A stretch of DNA of 64,000 nt from an uncultured Acidobacteriota bacterium (GCA_963829355.1 CAWHHZ010000013.1:64584-128583); one strand, 5' to 3'. Positions 44,996-55,799 are shown, numbered from the stretch's first letter. The notes: generated by a model not told the origin, from the letters alone. Translations and numbers: made by a program.

Positions 44996-47800
44996 TCAGC
45001 CCTCGATCTCGATCGAGGAAACGGTTTTGAGCGGCATCTCCGCCAGATACCGACCCGTGATCGAGTGCTCGTCCTGAGCCACCTCCCGAGGCGTGCCGGC
45101 CGCGATCAGCTCGCCCCCGCCATCGCCCCCCTCCGGGCCGAGGTCGATGACCCAGTCGGCAGCCGCGATCATGTCGAGATTGTGCTCGATCACCACGACC
45201 GAGTGTCCGCGCTGGATAAGATCGCGGAAGGTTGCGAGCAGAACTCGCACGTCGCTGGCATGCAGACCAGTCGTAGGCTCGTCGAAGAGAAAGAGTCGCG
45301 CTGATTCCGTCTTCGGATTCGACGTCAGGAATGACGCGAGCTTCAACCGCTGCGCTTCGCCCCCTGATAGCGTCGCCGTGGACTGGCCAAGCCGGAGGTA
45401 GCCGAGACCAACTGCACGAAGTGCGTTCAGCTTACGAACGATCGACCGGCGGTCGATGAAGAACTTCACAGCATCATCGACACTCATATCGAGGATGGCA
45501 TCGACGTTCTTCCGATTGTAGGTCACCTTCAGCACGTGATCCTTGAAACGCTTTCCCTCGCACTGATCGCACATGATCTCGACGTCGGCGAGGAATTGCA
45601 TGTCGATGGTGACGGTCCCGGTCCCCTGACAGGTTTCGCAGCGACCGCCATCCGTATTGAAGGAGAACATCCCTGCCGTGACGCCCTGAAGTTTTGCACT
45701 GGTCGTCGACGACAGGATCTTCCGGATGTCGTCCCACGCCTTCACGTAGGTCGCCGGGTTCGAACGGGATGACCGACCGATGGGACTCTGATCGATGAAC
45801 TCGATTTCTTCGATGAAATCGAGACCCTCCAGAGAATCGAAATCGCCAACGTCCACATTGGCGACGCCCCGATGTCGCCGTTGAAAGCCGTTGTACAGGC
45901 AGTCACGTATCAGCGTCGACTTGCCCGATCCCGATACGCCGGTGATCGCGACCAGCGCCTGAAGAGGAATCTCGACGTCGATGTTCTTCAGATTGTGCTC
46001 ACGTGCACCCCGTATCACGACAGAGCCGGCCTTGATGTCGCGCGGCAGCACCTGCACCGGTTCGGTTGCGCGCTCCGGCCCCTCGGCGATCCGCTCTGCC
46101 TCCTCGGGTGTCGCCTTTCCCGAGAACATCAGACGGCCGCCCCTCGTGCCTGCACCCGGTCCGAGCTCGACGAGGTAGTCGGCACCGCGAATGATCGTCG
46201 GGTCGTGCTCGACGACGATCACGGTGTTTCCCGAGTCGCGAAGACGCCTGAGCACCGACAGGAGCCGCTCGCTGTCGCGCGCATGAAGACCGACAGTCGG
46301 CTCGTCGATGATGTAAGAGGTTTCGGTCAAGCCGCTTCCGAGGGCCGCAGCCAGGTTGATCCGCTGCGCTTCACCGCCCGACAGTGTGCGTGTTTGACGG
46401 TCGATCGTCAGGTACGACAGCCCCACTTCATCGAGGTAGACAAGACGGTTGAGGATCTCCCGGCGCAGGTGACCCGCGATCGCCTCTTCCTTCTTGGAGA
46501 GGGCGAGAAACTCCCACCACTGCCTCGCCTCGCCGATGTTCATCGCAAACAGATCCGCGATGTGCCGGTCCCGGAACAGGACGTTGAGCGCAGCCGGCTT
46601 CAGACGTGTCCCGCCGCAATGGTCGCACGGATCGTACGCCCGGTATTTGGCAAGCTTTACCCGAACGTGGACCTTGTACTTTTTCGTCTCGAGCCACTCG
46701 AAGAATCCCTTGATCCCGTACCACTTGCCCTTCCCCTTGTAGAGAACATCAAGCTCGCGCTGCGTCAGCTCGTCGACCGGCACGTCGAGCCGCAGGTCGT
46801 ACTTATCTGCAGCGAGATAGAGATCGTCGTAGCAATCCTCGTAACCGGGTGAGTTCCACGGCTCGACCGGCCGATCATCGAGACTGACACTCCGGTCCGG
46901 AATCACCTTGTCGTAATCGACCCCGATCACGCGCCCGTAGCCCTGGCAGTGCTCGCACGCGCCCAGGGGCGAATTGAACGAGAAGAGGTGTGGCCGCGGC
47001 TCGGGTATCTCCTGGCCACAACGGTTGCACCTGAAGCTCGTGTAGAACGTACGCGGGCCCCACTCCCCCTCCGTCTGTTGCCAGACCAGGACTTTGCCGC
47101 CGCCGAGTGAGAACCCGTGCTCGAGCGCTTCGGTGATTCGTTTTCGCGCATCGTCATCGACCTTGACCCGGTCGATGACGACCTCGATGGAATCGAGGGA
47201 CGCGGTGTCGAACTGCTCGAGCTCCTCCACGCGGCCGTCGACCCAGATCCTGAAGTAACCACCCTTGAGGAGCTGTCGGATGACCGCTGAGCGGTCACTT
47301 TGCGCTTCCGGCAGTGATGCCGGCGCGGTGATGACGAGTCGCTCTCCTTCGAGGCTCAGCAGCTGTTCCGCGACACTTCCCGGAGTCTCACGTGTAACCT
47401 TCGTTCCGCAGTCGTCGCAGAAGCTCTCGCCCGCGTACGTCATGAAGAGACGCATATAGTCGGCGAGCTCTGTCGCGGTTGCGACCGTCGAACGCGCATT
47501 CTTGACGGTGTTCTTCTGCTCGATGGCGAGAGCGGGAAGGATTCCCTCGATCTGATCGACATCGGGCCGCTCCATCCGCTCGAGAAACTGGCGCACGTAG
47601 GTCGACATCGACTCGACGAAGCGCCTCTGACCCTCGGCGTAGATCGTGTCGAACGCGAGCGAGGACTTTCCGGATCCCGATGGTCCGGTAATGACGGTCA
47701 GCTCCCGGTGAGGAATCTCGACCGACAGGTTCCGCAGGTTGTGTGTCCGCGCATTCTCGACGGAGATGGAGCGCCGGACTGTAGCTGGTAATGTCGACAT
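44996..47800 (-). CDS. uvrA: Excinuclease ABC subunit A
   Basis: 934 aa; two ABC ATPase modules (GPSGSGKSSLAFDTIYAEG, GVSGSGKSTLI), zinc fingers. Confidence 0.97.
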   Translation of the reverse strand: MSTLPATVRRSISVENARTHNLRNLSVEIPHRELTVITGPSGSGKSSLAFDTIYAEGQRRFVESMSTYVRQFLERMERPDVDQIEGILPALAIEQKNTVKNARSTVATATELADYMRLFMTYAGESFCDDCGTKVTRETPGSVAEQLLSLEGERLVITAPASLPEAQSDRSAVIRQLLKGGYFRIWVDGRVEELEQFDTASLDSIEVVIDRVKVDDDARKRITEALEHGFSLGGGKVLVWQQTEGEWGPRTFYTSFRCNRCGQEIPEPRPHLFSFNSPLGACEHCQGYGRVIGVDYDKVIPDRSVSLDDRPVEPWNSPGYEDCYDDLYLAADKYDLRLDVPVDELTQRELDVLYKGKGKWYGIKGFFEWLETKKYKVHVRVKLAKYRAYDPCDHCGGTRLKPAALNVLFRDRHIADLFAMNIGEARQWWEFLALSKKEEAIAGHLRREILNRLVYLDEVGLSYLTIDRQTRTLSGGEAQRINLAAALGSGLTETSYIIDEPTVGLHARDSERLLSVLRRLRDSGNTVIVVEHDPTIIRGADYLVELGPGAGTRGGRLMFSGKATPEEAERIAEGPERATEPVQVLPRDIKAGSVVIRGAREHNLKNIDVEIPLQALVAITGVSGSGKSTLIRDCLYNGFQRRHRGVANVDVGDFDSLEGLDFIEEIEFIDQSPIGRSSRSNPATYVKAWDDIRKILSSTTSAKLQGVTAGMFSFNTDGGRCETCQGTGTVTIDMQFLADVEIMCDQCEGKRFKDHVLKVTYNRKNVDAILDMSVDDAVKFFIDRRSIVRKLNALRAVGLGYLRLGQSTATLSGGEAQRLKLASFLTSNPKTESARLFLFDEPTTGLHASDVRVLLATFRDLIQRGHSVVVIEHNLDMIAAADWVIDLGPEGGDGGGELIAAGTPREVAQDEHSITGRYLAEMPLKTVSSIEIEG

Positions 47801-47895
47801 GACAGGGTGACCGCCGCCGTGGACGGTGCAAGAGAGATAAAACGTTTGATCGTTGCAGGATGTTCCGGATTCAAGCGGCGGGCCGGGCTGGTGAA

Positions 47896-48886
47896 TCAGA
47901 TGAGAATCGAGTGACGCTCGTAGAAATTGTAGTTTCCAAGGCGCTCCCGAAGCTTTTGCACGACATCGGAAGGAAGCGGTTCGCCGGAGGCGGCTGCATT
48001 CTGCTCCACCTGGTGCGTGTTTCTCGCCCCTGGAATCACAGTCGATACCGCATCCCAGGCGAGGATGAAGCGCAGCGCCGCCTCGATGAGCGTTTCGCTC
48101 GAAGGCCCGACGATGCTCTTGACCTCGTCAACGCGAGGGAGGGCTTCGGCGAGGCGCCGGGGAGTCAGGAAGTTCTGCCGCACGTCGGTCGGCGGGAATG
48201 TCGTGCTCGTCTTGAATCGGCCCGACAGAAGGCCGGACGCCAGCGGAACGCGGATGATGATGCCGTACTTGTTCTTCATGCGCGAGAGGAAGCAGCTCGT
48301 CAGCGGCATGCTGGTTCAGAATGTTGAAAAGAATCTGAAGCGTATAGCCCCAGCCGCGCCTCATGATCTCGATCCCGTCCTCGACCGACATGGCAGAGAC
48401 GCCCCAGTACCGGATCTTGCCGGAGGTCTGAAGCATTTCCATCGCCTCCTGCGCCTCCCCCTTCTCGAGAACCGACAGCGAAGGGTTGTGAAGCTGGTAG
48501 AGGTCGACGTAGTCGGTCCGCAATCTGTGCAGCGACCCATCGATGGCGTGGAGAATGTGTCGTTTCGTGAAGTTCTTCTCGATTCGCTCGCTCGCGCCCC
48601 GGATCAGTCCGACTTTTGTGGCGATGATCACCTTGTCGCGATCGCGCCGAGTGGTCAGGCCGATCAGAGATTCGCTGCGTCCGTGACCGTAGATATCGGC
48701 CGTATCGTAGAAGTTGACTCCCTCGGTACGTGAGCGTCGAAGCGCTGACAGAACCTCGTCGTCCGACACACCGGCGAAGCCTATCGGCACACCCCCGCTC
48801 ACCTGCATCGCGCCGCCCGCGGTCCATCCGCCGAAGCCGATCTCGCTGACTCTGATACCCGTTGATCCGAGCTGACGATATTTCAC
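47896..48886 (-). pseudogene. Aldo/keto reductase family oxidoreductase interrupted by a +1 frameshift at about 48272-48280
   Basis: ORF 48128-48928 (N-terminus, KYRQLGSTGIRVSEIGFGGW, DTADIYGHGRSE) and ORF 47896-48309 (C-terminus, KNKYGIIIRVPLASGLLSGRF). Removing one A from gaagaa restores ...ELLPLAHENKYGIIIRVPLASG. Confidence 0.8.
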
Positions 48887-48943
48887 GTCGCGAAGTGTAG
48901 CGGAATGCAGCGGATTGCGTCGATCCACACGTCAGAAAACCGC

Positions 48944-49068
48944 TGTCATCCTGAGCGCCAGCGAGTGATCTCGTGGCGTCCGACTGTTGCGTACTTTCTA
49001 TCCTGACAGTCGGACCGTACGCGATCCTTCGGCCGTCCTCCGCTGCGCTCCGGCGGCTCAGGATGACA
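48944..49068. repeat. Family-A palindromic element between the AKR gene and serA
   Basis: tgtcatcctgagcgccagcgagtgatctcgtggcg ... cgcgatccttcggccgtcctccgctgcgctccggcggctcaggatgaca. Confidence 0.8.
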
Positions 49069-49073
49069 GCGCG

Positions 49074-50663
49074 TCACAGCTTCACCATGCGGATGTCCTC
49101 GACCTCCTTGAGCGATCGAAGAAACTCGATCGTTCCGCGGTCGAGCCCTTCGTCGATGGAAATGATCGCCATGGCTCGCCCTCCTTCGGGAGATCTCGCC
49201 AGATTGTATTCGGCGATATTGATCTCGCGGTCTCCGAGAATCGTCCCCACCTTTCCGACGACACCGGGCACATCGGCGTTGACGAGATAGATCACCCATC
49301 CTTCCGGCTCGAACTCCACGAGGAACTCATCCACCATCACAACCCGCGGAACGCTGGCGTGAAAGAGTGTTCCGGAGATCGAGCTGTGGTGTTCGCCCGA
49401 CCGGGCCGTCAGGGTGACGAGGTTGAGGTAGTCCTCTCGCTGCTGATGAACCGTCGAGCTCCACTCGATTCCACGACGCTGTGCCACTGCCTCGGCATTG
49501 ACGAAGTTCACCGTCTCGGTCAGATGGGGGAGAAGAATGCCGCGAAGCGCCGCGACCATCATCAGGTGAACGTTCTTCTCCTCGACTCCACGTACGGAGA
49601 GATTCACTTCCTCACAAGGTCCATCGAGCACCTGGCTGGCGAAAAGACCGAGTTTCTCGGCGAGTCGGGCAAACGCCACCGCTTCATTGTCCGCCTCACC
49701 TTCGAATGGCAGATTCACGGCTGAAACGAGCAGGGATCCGCCCAGCGCCTCGATCGCCATTCGCGCTGTCTGTGTTGCAACGCGCTCCTGTGCTTCGGTG
49801 GTGTTCGCTCCCAGGTGCGGTGTGACGTAAACATTTGGCGCCGTGAGAAGAGGATGGTCGGCCGCGGGCGGCTCGTCGACAAAAACATCGATCGCCGCGC
49901 CGGCGACATGCCCGCTGTTCAGCGCCTCTGCCAGAGCGGTTTCGTCGTAGATTCCTCCCCGCGCGATGTTGAGAACGATGACCCCAGGTTTCATCCGGGC
50001 GATCTCTTCTCTGCCCAGCAGACCGCTCGTCTCGTCCGTGAGGGGAGTGTGTACGGTGATGATGTCCGACTGTGCAAGCAACTGGTCGAGCTCGACACAC
50101 TCCGCGCCATGCCGCTTTGCGACACTCGAGGGGATGTAGGGATCGTAGGCGAGGATGGTCGCCCCGAACGATTTCGCCCTGATGGCGACGCGTGTGCCGA
50201 TCCGTCCGAAGCCGATGATGCCGAGAGTCTTGCCGCTCAGCTCACGACCCATGAACGCGCTGCGCTTCCACTCGCCACGGCGCAACGACGCGTCGGCTGC
50301 CGGAATGTCGCGAAGCAGCGAGAGCATCATCGCCATCGTGTGCTCGGTGGCCGAGATGATGTTGGCCGTCGGTGTGTTGATGACCAGAACGCCGCGGTCC
50401 GTGGCAGCGCTGACATCGACGTTGTCGAGCCCGACACCGGCTCTCGCCACGACCCGGAGTATCTTTGCGCGATCGAGCAGCTCCTCTGTGACGGGGGTGC
50501 CGCTGCGAGTCACGAGAGCGTGAGCCGTCTCCACTGCGAGCAGGAGATCCTCACCTTTCACTCCCGGCCGGTAGTCGAGCTCGACGCGGGGATCGTTGCG
50601 GAAGATGTCAAGACCTGCATCGCCGAGCGTGTCGGTGACGAGTACTTTGGATGTTTCACTCAT
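49074..50663 (-). CDS. serA: D-3-phosphoglycerate dehydrogenase with C-terminal ACT domain (start at MSETSKVLVTD)
   Basis: NAD-binding GIIGFGRIGTRVA, catalytic His/Glu/Arg, 529 aa type I SerA length. Confidence 0.93.
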   Translation of the reverse strand: MSETSKVLVTDTLGDAGLDIFRNDPRVELDYRPGVKGEDLLLAVETAHALVTRSGTPVTEELLDRAKILRVVARAGVGLDNVDVSAATDRGVLVINTPTANIISATEHTMAMMLSLLRDIPAADASLRRGEWKRSAFMGRELSGKTLGIIGFGRIGTRVAIRAKSFGATILAYDPYIPSSVAKRHGAECVELDQLLAQSDIITVHTPLTDETSGLLGREEIARMKPGVIVLNIARGGIYDETALAEALNSGHVAGAAIDVFVDEPPAADHPLLTAPNVYVTPHLGANTTEAQERVATQTARMAIEALGGSLLVSAVNLPFEGEADNEAVAFARLAEKLGLFASQVLDGPCEEVNLSVRGVEEKNVHLMMVAALRGILLPHLTETVNFVNAEAVAQRRGIEWSSTVHQQREDYLNLVTLTARSGEHHSSISGTLFHASVPRVVMVDEFLVEFEPEGWVIYLVNADVPGVVGKVGTILGDREINIAEYNLARSPEGGRAMAIISIDEGLDRGTIEFLRSLKEVEDIRMVKL

Positions 50664-51742
50664 GAGGCCACCGTCGCCAGCGTGTCGAGCATGGTCCGGA
50701 GATCGTCTATTGTCATATCGCCCATGTGTCCGATCCTGAAGGTATTGTCTTTCCACGCTCCGTAGCCGCCGCCGAGCACGAATCCGCGCTCTCTCATGGC
50801 CGCGATGATCTCCGTCGCGGTCATGTCACCTTTCGGTTCGAACGTCGAAACGCTGGGAGACGCAAAACGCGGCTCGACCATCAGTCTCGCAAATGGCGAG
50901 CACTTCTCGATCGTGAGATCACGCATCTCCACGTGACGCTGCCACCGTGTCTCCAGCGTCTCCACATCGAGGATGTGGTCGAGCTGCGCATCGAGCGCGT
51001 AGATCAGCGGGACTGCTGGAGTGAACGGCGTGCTCTGGCGCTCCTTCGCATTCTTTTCGTATTCGAGAAAATCGAAGTAGGTTCCGCGATATGTCTGCGC
51101 ACGGGCTCGTTCCATCGCGCGCTCGGAGACCGCGAAGAGGGTGAGCCCGGGCGGCAGCCCCATGCCTTTCTGCGTGCTCGCGAGGCAGACGTCGAGCCCC
51201 CAGTCGTCGAAGTGAATCGGCGCGCTGCCGAGAGAGGAGACTGCATCGACAAGGACGAGCGAGTCGCTCGAGCCCTCGCGAACGATTCTGCTGAGCGTCT
51301 CGAGATCATTCATGAGCCCCGTCGACGTTTCGTTGTGCGTGATCGTGACCGCGTCATAGTGATGGCGGCGGCCTGCGAAACGATCAGCGAGATCGACGGG
51401 CAGAACCGGCCGCCCCCATTCGTAATGAAGATGATCGACTTCAAGCCCCAGGTGCGAGGCGATCGATTCCCAGCGCTCGGAGAATGCTCCGACGGTCGTG
51501 ACGAGAACGGAGCGCGGTACCGTGTTGAGGAGGGCACCCTCCATCAATCCCGTGCCGGAGCAGGTTGCGACGAACACATGCTGCTCGGTATCGAACAGAC
51601 GGCGCAGTTTCCCTTCGATCTGGGAAAACAGATCACGGAACTCGCGCGTTCGATGACCGATCATCGGACCCTTCATACGATCGAGAATCTCCGGTCTGAC
51701 CCATACGGGTCCCGGTACGAAATGCCGGCACTCTTCAGTCAT
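50660..51742 (-). CDS. serC: Class V aminotransferase, phosphoserine aminotransferase-type (SerC-like) by operon context
   Basis: 360 aa; PLP-fold class V (ASTQKGMGLPPGL region with the Lys); ATGA overlaps with serA and serB. Confidence 0.8.
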   Translation of the reverse strand: MTEECRHFVPGPVWVRPEILDRMKGPMIGHRTREFRDLFSQIEGKLRRLFDTEQHVFVATCSGTGLMEGALLNTVPRSVLVTTVGAFSERWESIASHLGLEVDHLHYEWGRPVLPVDLADRFAGRRHHYDAVTITHNETSTGLMNDLETLSRIVREGSSDSLVLVDAVSSLGSAPIHFDDWGLDVCLASTQKGMGLPPGLTLFAVSERAMERARAQTYRGTYFDFLEYEKNAKERQSTPFTPAVPLIYALDAQLDHILDVETLETRWQRHVEMRDLTIEKCSPFARLMVEPRFASPSVSTFEPKGDMTATEIIAAMRERGFVLGGGYGAWKDNTFRIGHMGDMTIDDLRTMLDTLATVAS

Positions 51743-52386
51743 TTGTTTTCCTCATACAGTATTGGCAGTAGCTCTTCGAACGACTCGACGAAGTGTCTCG
51801 CCACTTCCCGGACCCGTGGCCGGGATACGACGCCGCCGAAGCCAATGAACAGATCGACGACTGGGTCGGTCTCCAGATCGGTGACGCCGTCGCCGATGAA
51901 TGCGATACGACCCTTGTTCCGGGAGCGGATATTGCGGATGACGATCTCCTTTCCTCCCTGCCTCGAGGTTGAGGCCGAGTCATCGTAGCCGGCGTAGTTC
52001 CCCGCGTCGTCGAACTGGAGTGGCACAGCGTGGACGAAGTGATGCGGGATTCCGAGGGCGGTCGCGAGAGGAAGAATCGCCTGCTCGATTCCGGCGGTCA
52101 CGAGCCGGACTGCCACACGGTCCTCGATCAGGCGACGGATCAGAGTTTCAGCGCCGGGAGTGATCGACTCGACGTACTGACGGCCGAGAGCTTCGACCGA
52201 TCCGCGATCTGGCTTGACGATTTCCAGCCGGCGCTTGTACACCTCGTCGAGAGGAATCTCGCCACTCATCGCCGCGCCGGTGAGTCGGACGATTTCCTCG
52301 TTGTTCGCGGCGAGGACATCGATCCCCTCGATCGTCACGACGGTCGAATCGACGTCGAAGCAGACTGTTGAGAACGCCGGTTTCAC
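51739..52386 (-). CDS. serB: Phosphoserine phosphatase (HAD superfamily)
   Basis: 215 aa; motif I FDVDST, motif IV GDGVTD. Confidence 0.85.
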   Translation of the reverse strand: MKPAFSTVCFDVDSTVVTIEGIDVLAANNEEIVRLTGAAMSGEIPLDEVYKRRLEIVKPDRGSVEALGRQYVESITPGAETLIRRLIEDRVAVRLVTAGIEQAILPLATALGIPHHFVHAVPLQFDDAGNYAGYDDSASTSRQGGKEIVIRNIRSRNKGRIAFIGDGVTDLETDPVVDLFIGFGGVVSRPRVREVARHFVESFEELLPILYEENK

Positions 52387-53042
52387 GGATTCTTCTCCCC
52401 CGTGACGATTGCGACCAGATCGCGGAAACGTTCGAGCATGTAGTCAGGCTGCGAGGCGCGAAGAGAGTCGCGGTCGGCCGAGCCTGTGGCGATTGCCGCG
52501 ACGTGCAGTCCCCCCGCACGACCCGCCTGCACGTCGATCGGCATGTCGCCGACGAAGAGCGCCGTCGATGGTGAATGTCCGGTCGAAGAGAGTGCATGCA
52601 GAACGTGCCGCGGATCCGGCTTCCGGGCCTCCGCCAGATCGGGACCCACGATCGACCGAAAAAACCGGGCCGTACCCAGCGCCTCGAGAATCTTCCGCGA
52701 GAACGATGTCGTCTTGTTCGTGCAGACTGCCATCGCAACATTTCTCTCGTGCAGCTCCGCGAGTGTCTCCTCCACATCGTCGAGCAGAGAGCTCTTCTCG
52801 GCGCACACCTCGTCGTAGATCGACATGAAGTGGTCGTGGGCGCTCGCAGGGACTTCCCCACGGAAGCAGCGGCTCAGCAGCGGCTCGATTCCCTCCCCGA
52901 CGAATCCGCGCAGTTGCTCGAGGTCGATCGCCGGCCTTCCGTGATGCCGCAGGGCGGAGTTCACGGCGATCAGAAGTGCGTCGTAGGAATCGACGAGTGT
53001 CCCGTCGAGGTCGAAGATGACTGCCTGATAACGAAGGCTCAC
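52383..53042 (-). CDS. HAD-family hydrolase (phosphoglycolate phosphatase Gph-like)
   Basis: 219 aa; AVIFDLDGTLVDS motif I, GDMPIDVQAG motif IV. Confidence 0.8.
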   Translation of the reverse strand: MSLRYQAVIFDLDGTLVDSYDALLIAVNSALRHHGRPAIDLEQLRGFVGEGIEPLLSRCFRGEVPASAHDHFMSIYDEVCAEKSSLLDDVEETLAELHERNVAMAVCTNKTTSFSRKILEALGTARFFRSIVGPDLAEARKPDPRHVLHALSSTGHSPSTALFVGDMPIDVQAGRAGGLHVAAIATGSADRDSLRASQPDYMLERFRDLVAIVTGEKNP

Positions 53043-53536
53043 GACGTGATTCTAATCACGAATCGTGCAACCCCCTCCAGATCGTCCCGATCGAAATGCT
53101 GAAAGCGGTCCAGAATCGGCTGTTTTCCAGCCGCAACGATGCCCTTCAGAAGTGGAGGAAGAGGATCGGGCAAACCACGCACGGGCGAATGGACCAGCAA
53201 TCTCGGCCACTGTCCGTCATGCATTGCACTCTCGATGATGACCAGATCTGACTGCTCCCTGGCCTCGGAGACGACATCTTCGATCGGCACGAGCGGTGAC
53301 TCACGGTGCGAATTTGCGGAGAAGTGATGAATCGCGAGGGGGGTGACGAGGATCGATTCCGCTGCTCCTGCCTCGAGGTAGCGATCGGTGTCCTTGCCGC
53401 CAAGAAAGCCCGGTCGCTCGTGATGGGTGCGCTTGACGACGGCGATCCGGCGGTCCTGCAGGCAGCGGATCAGTCCCTCGATGAGCGTGGTCTTGCCCGA
53501 GCCGCTGAAACCCACGATTCCGATCACGCCGTCCAT
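53039..53536 (-). CDS. mobB: Molybdopterin-guanine dinucleotide biosynthesis adapter protein MobB (start at MDGVIGIVGFSGSGKTT)
   Basis: P-loop GFSGSGKTTLIEGLI; the upstream in-frame extension of the ORF track (to 53725) is unconserved, Arg/Pro-rich and is rejected. Confidence 0.8.
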   Translation of the reverse strand: MDGVIGIVGFSGSGKTTLIEGLIRCLQDRRIAVVKRTHHERPGFLGGKDTDRYLEAGAAESILVTPLAIHHFSANSHRESPLVPIEDVVSEAREQSDLVIIESAMHDGQWPRLLVHSPVRGLPDPLPPLLKGIVAAGKQPILDRFQHFDRDDLEGVARFVIRITS

Positions 53537-53865
53537 GAGCGCGCGAGTATGACATGGGGGAGGGTCAGTCGTCGGTCGTCGGTCGTCAGTCGACAGCGCG
53601 GTGGCGTCGTGCCGCCAGACGCACCGGCCCAAAGGGTTACGGGCGGGGCGTCGCCGATCGCGTTGCCTGCCCTGAGCGAGCGTCAGCGAGTCGAAGGGTC
53701 GCAGCTCCTTTCCGATGAACCACATCGCTGCGTCGCTGCTCCGCGCGCTCGAGACTCGCCGCGCCGGTAACGCAGGGTATGCTGGATTCTTTCACAGCCT
53801 CTGAGCCGCCGGATCCCGCGAAGCGGGAGGAGGACGGTCGAAGGTTCCTGGAATTACCCTCCAGT

Positions 53866-53903
53866 CAGGACGTACGCGATCCTTCGCTTCGCTCAGGATG
53901 ACA
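53866..53903. repeat. Solo right terminus of a family-A element (gtacgcgatccttcgcttcgctcaggatgaca)
   Basis: Matches the right TIR of the copy at 35073; no matching left arm nearby. Confidence 0.65.
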
Positions 53904-53999
53904 GGTTCGGTGAACCACCGATCTCTTTGCCCATTACCGAACGGTATCGATTTACGGAAGCGCGAAATCCGCAGGCTTCTAAAGATCGTTGTGGCGGAC

Positions 54000-55799
54000 A
54001 TGCCCCGAGTCCGCCTGCTTGCAGTGCTGCTGATCGCATGTCTCGCATTCGCACCGTCTGCCGTTGCGCAGGAGGTGGAGTCAGACAATTCACTGCTTCA
54101 GATCGAGACGGAAATGCTAGGCGATACCCCGGATGGTGTTGCCACACGTGTCATCTTCCGCTACCACGTGACAGCGGAGGGTTTGAAGGGTGTTCCGTAT
54201 CTCCTCGGATCGGCGCTGCGGAAGAATGAGCGAATACGATCATTCCGGCTGTCTCTTCGTCCCGGCGAGACCGACGAGCTCTCTACGGTCCTGGTTCTGC
54301 CTGAGGGGGAGCTCGCGATCGAGGCGCGTCTTCTCCTGGAGCAGCGGGATGGCGCGCCGCAGCTCATCGCAAAGGCGACTCAACCAGTGACGATCAGCCT
54401 CACCGGCAATGAGTACGTCGCCTCAGGAGATGACGGCGCAGAAGCGATCCTGGCGGAGGGCTATCTTCCGGATTCCGCGGATGCCGTGCGTCTCCTCCCC
54501 CCGAGACGCGACGTCGCGCCCAACCTCTTCATCATCGAGGCGGAGGTCGAGGATCCAGTCAGGCGGCTGGAGTTCTGGGTCGACGGCAAAAAGATCATGA
54601 CCAGGAATGCGCCACCGTACAGAGCCGAGCTCGATCTCGGGACACTGCCCAGAGGCGTGGAGGTCAAGGTCGTCGGCTACGACAGGGCAGGACGATTCGT
54701 CGATACCGACGCGTGGGTGGTCAGCGAGCGGGACAATCCCCTCGAGGCCCGCATCACCCGCGCGGAGAACCGCGACGGGACTGTGCATCTGGAGGTGAGT
54801 GTCCAGGGCAGCCGTCCCGCATCCCGCGTGGAGCTCTGGATCGATGACCGGAAGATCGGGGAGTGGAAGAGCGCGCCATACGCGATGGTCGTCGAGCCGG
54901 CGGTCCTCGAAGCGGGCGAGTATCTGCGGGCGACGGCCTATGGAGCAGATGGGCTGGAAGCGACCGACCTGCTGTATCTGTCGGGCGATCGGTTCTTTGA
55001 GCGGGTGGAGGTCAATCTCATCGAGTTTCCTGTGACCGTCCTCGGAGCTCAGGGTGCTCCTCTGACGGGTCTGGAGAAAAAGGACTTCGTCGTGCGTGAA
55101 GACGGAAAGCCCGTGGAGCTCAGCCAGTTCTCGTACTCCGCGGATCTTCCGCTGTCGATCGGGATCCTGGTCGATCAATCAGGCAGCATGGTCGAGAGAA
55201 TCGACGATGCGAAGCAGGCGGCTCTCGGTTTTCTGAGCAGCGTGATGAGGGACGGCGATCGCGGTTTCATCGGCGGTTTCGCGTGGGAGACACAGAATCT
55301 CTCTCCTCTTGTTTCGGACCTGTCCTCGCTGAGACTTCAAGTCGACGACATCGAAGGGGCCGAAGGAGCGACGGCGCTCTATGACGCGATCGTGTCGGGG
55401 CTTTACCGTTTCCGCAACACTGAGGGACGGAAGGCGCTGGTGATCGTGACGGACGGCGACGACACGGCGTCCAGAATCTCTCATGAGGAGATGATCAGGT
55501 ATGTCAGAGCGGCGCGTGTCCCGCTCTATTTCATCGGGATCGGCATGTCGCGGATCGATTTCTCGACGACTGGCAAGTTGAAGAAACTGGCCGCAGATAC
55601 GGGAGGCGTATCGCACTTTATAGGCAACGTCAGCGAGCTGGCGGCCACATACGACGCGATCGAGGCCGAGCTCCGGTCCCAGTATCTCCTCGGCTATTAC
55701 GTCGAATCGAAGAAGAACGATCAGTCGTACCGGAAGATCGAGGTCGAGGTGCCCGGCCGCGACGTGACCGTGCGTGCAATCCGCGGCTACATTCAGTGA
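54000..55799 (+). CDS. Secreted/cell-surface von Willebrand factor A domain protein with N-terminal Ig-like tandem repeats
   Basis: Signal peptide MPRVRLLAVLLIACLAFAPSAVAQE; repeated (L/V)E(F/L)W(V/I)DxxKIxxxxxAPY modules; C-terminal vWA with MIDAS DQSGSM...TALYDAI...VIVTDGDD. Confidence 0.8.
   Translation: MPRVRLLAVLLIACLAFAPSAVAQEVESDNSLLQIETEMLGDTPDGVATRVIFRYHVTAEGLKGVPYLLGSALRKNERIRSFRLSLRPGETDELSTVLVLPEGELAIEARLLLEQRDGAPQLIAKATQPVTISLTGNEYVASGDDGAEAILAEGYLPDSADAVRLLPPRRDVAPNLFIIEAEVEDPVRRLEFWVDGKKIMTRNAPPYRAELDLGTLPRGVEVKVVGYDRAGRFVDTDAWVVSERDNPLEARITRAENRDGTVHLEVSVQGSRPASRVELWIDDRKIGEWKSAPYAMVVEPAVLEAGEYLRATAYGADGLEATDLLYLSGDRFFERVEVNLIEFPVTVLGAQGAPLTGLEKKDFVVREDGKPVELSQFSYSADLPLSIGILVDQSGSMVERIDDAKQAALGFLSSVMRDGDRGFIGGFAWETQNLSPLVSDLSSLRLQVDDIEGAEGATALYDAIVSGLYRFRNTEGRKALVIVTDGDDTASRISHEEMIRYVRAARVPLYFIGIGMSRIDFSTTGKLKKLAADTGGVSHFIGNVSELAATYDAIEAELRSQYLLGYYVESKKNDQSYRKIEVEVPGRDVTVRAIRGYIQ

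Noticed and set aside
53537-53725. N-terminal extension of mobB
   Set aside because: The extension is Arg/Pro-rich and unconserved. The P-loop protein starts at MDGVIGIVGFSGSGKTT.
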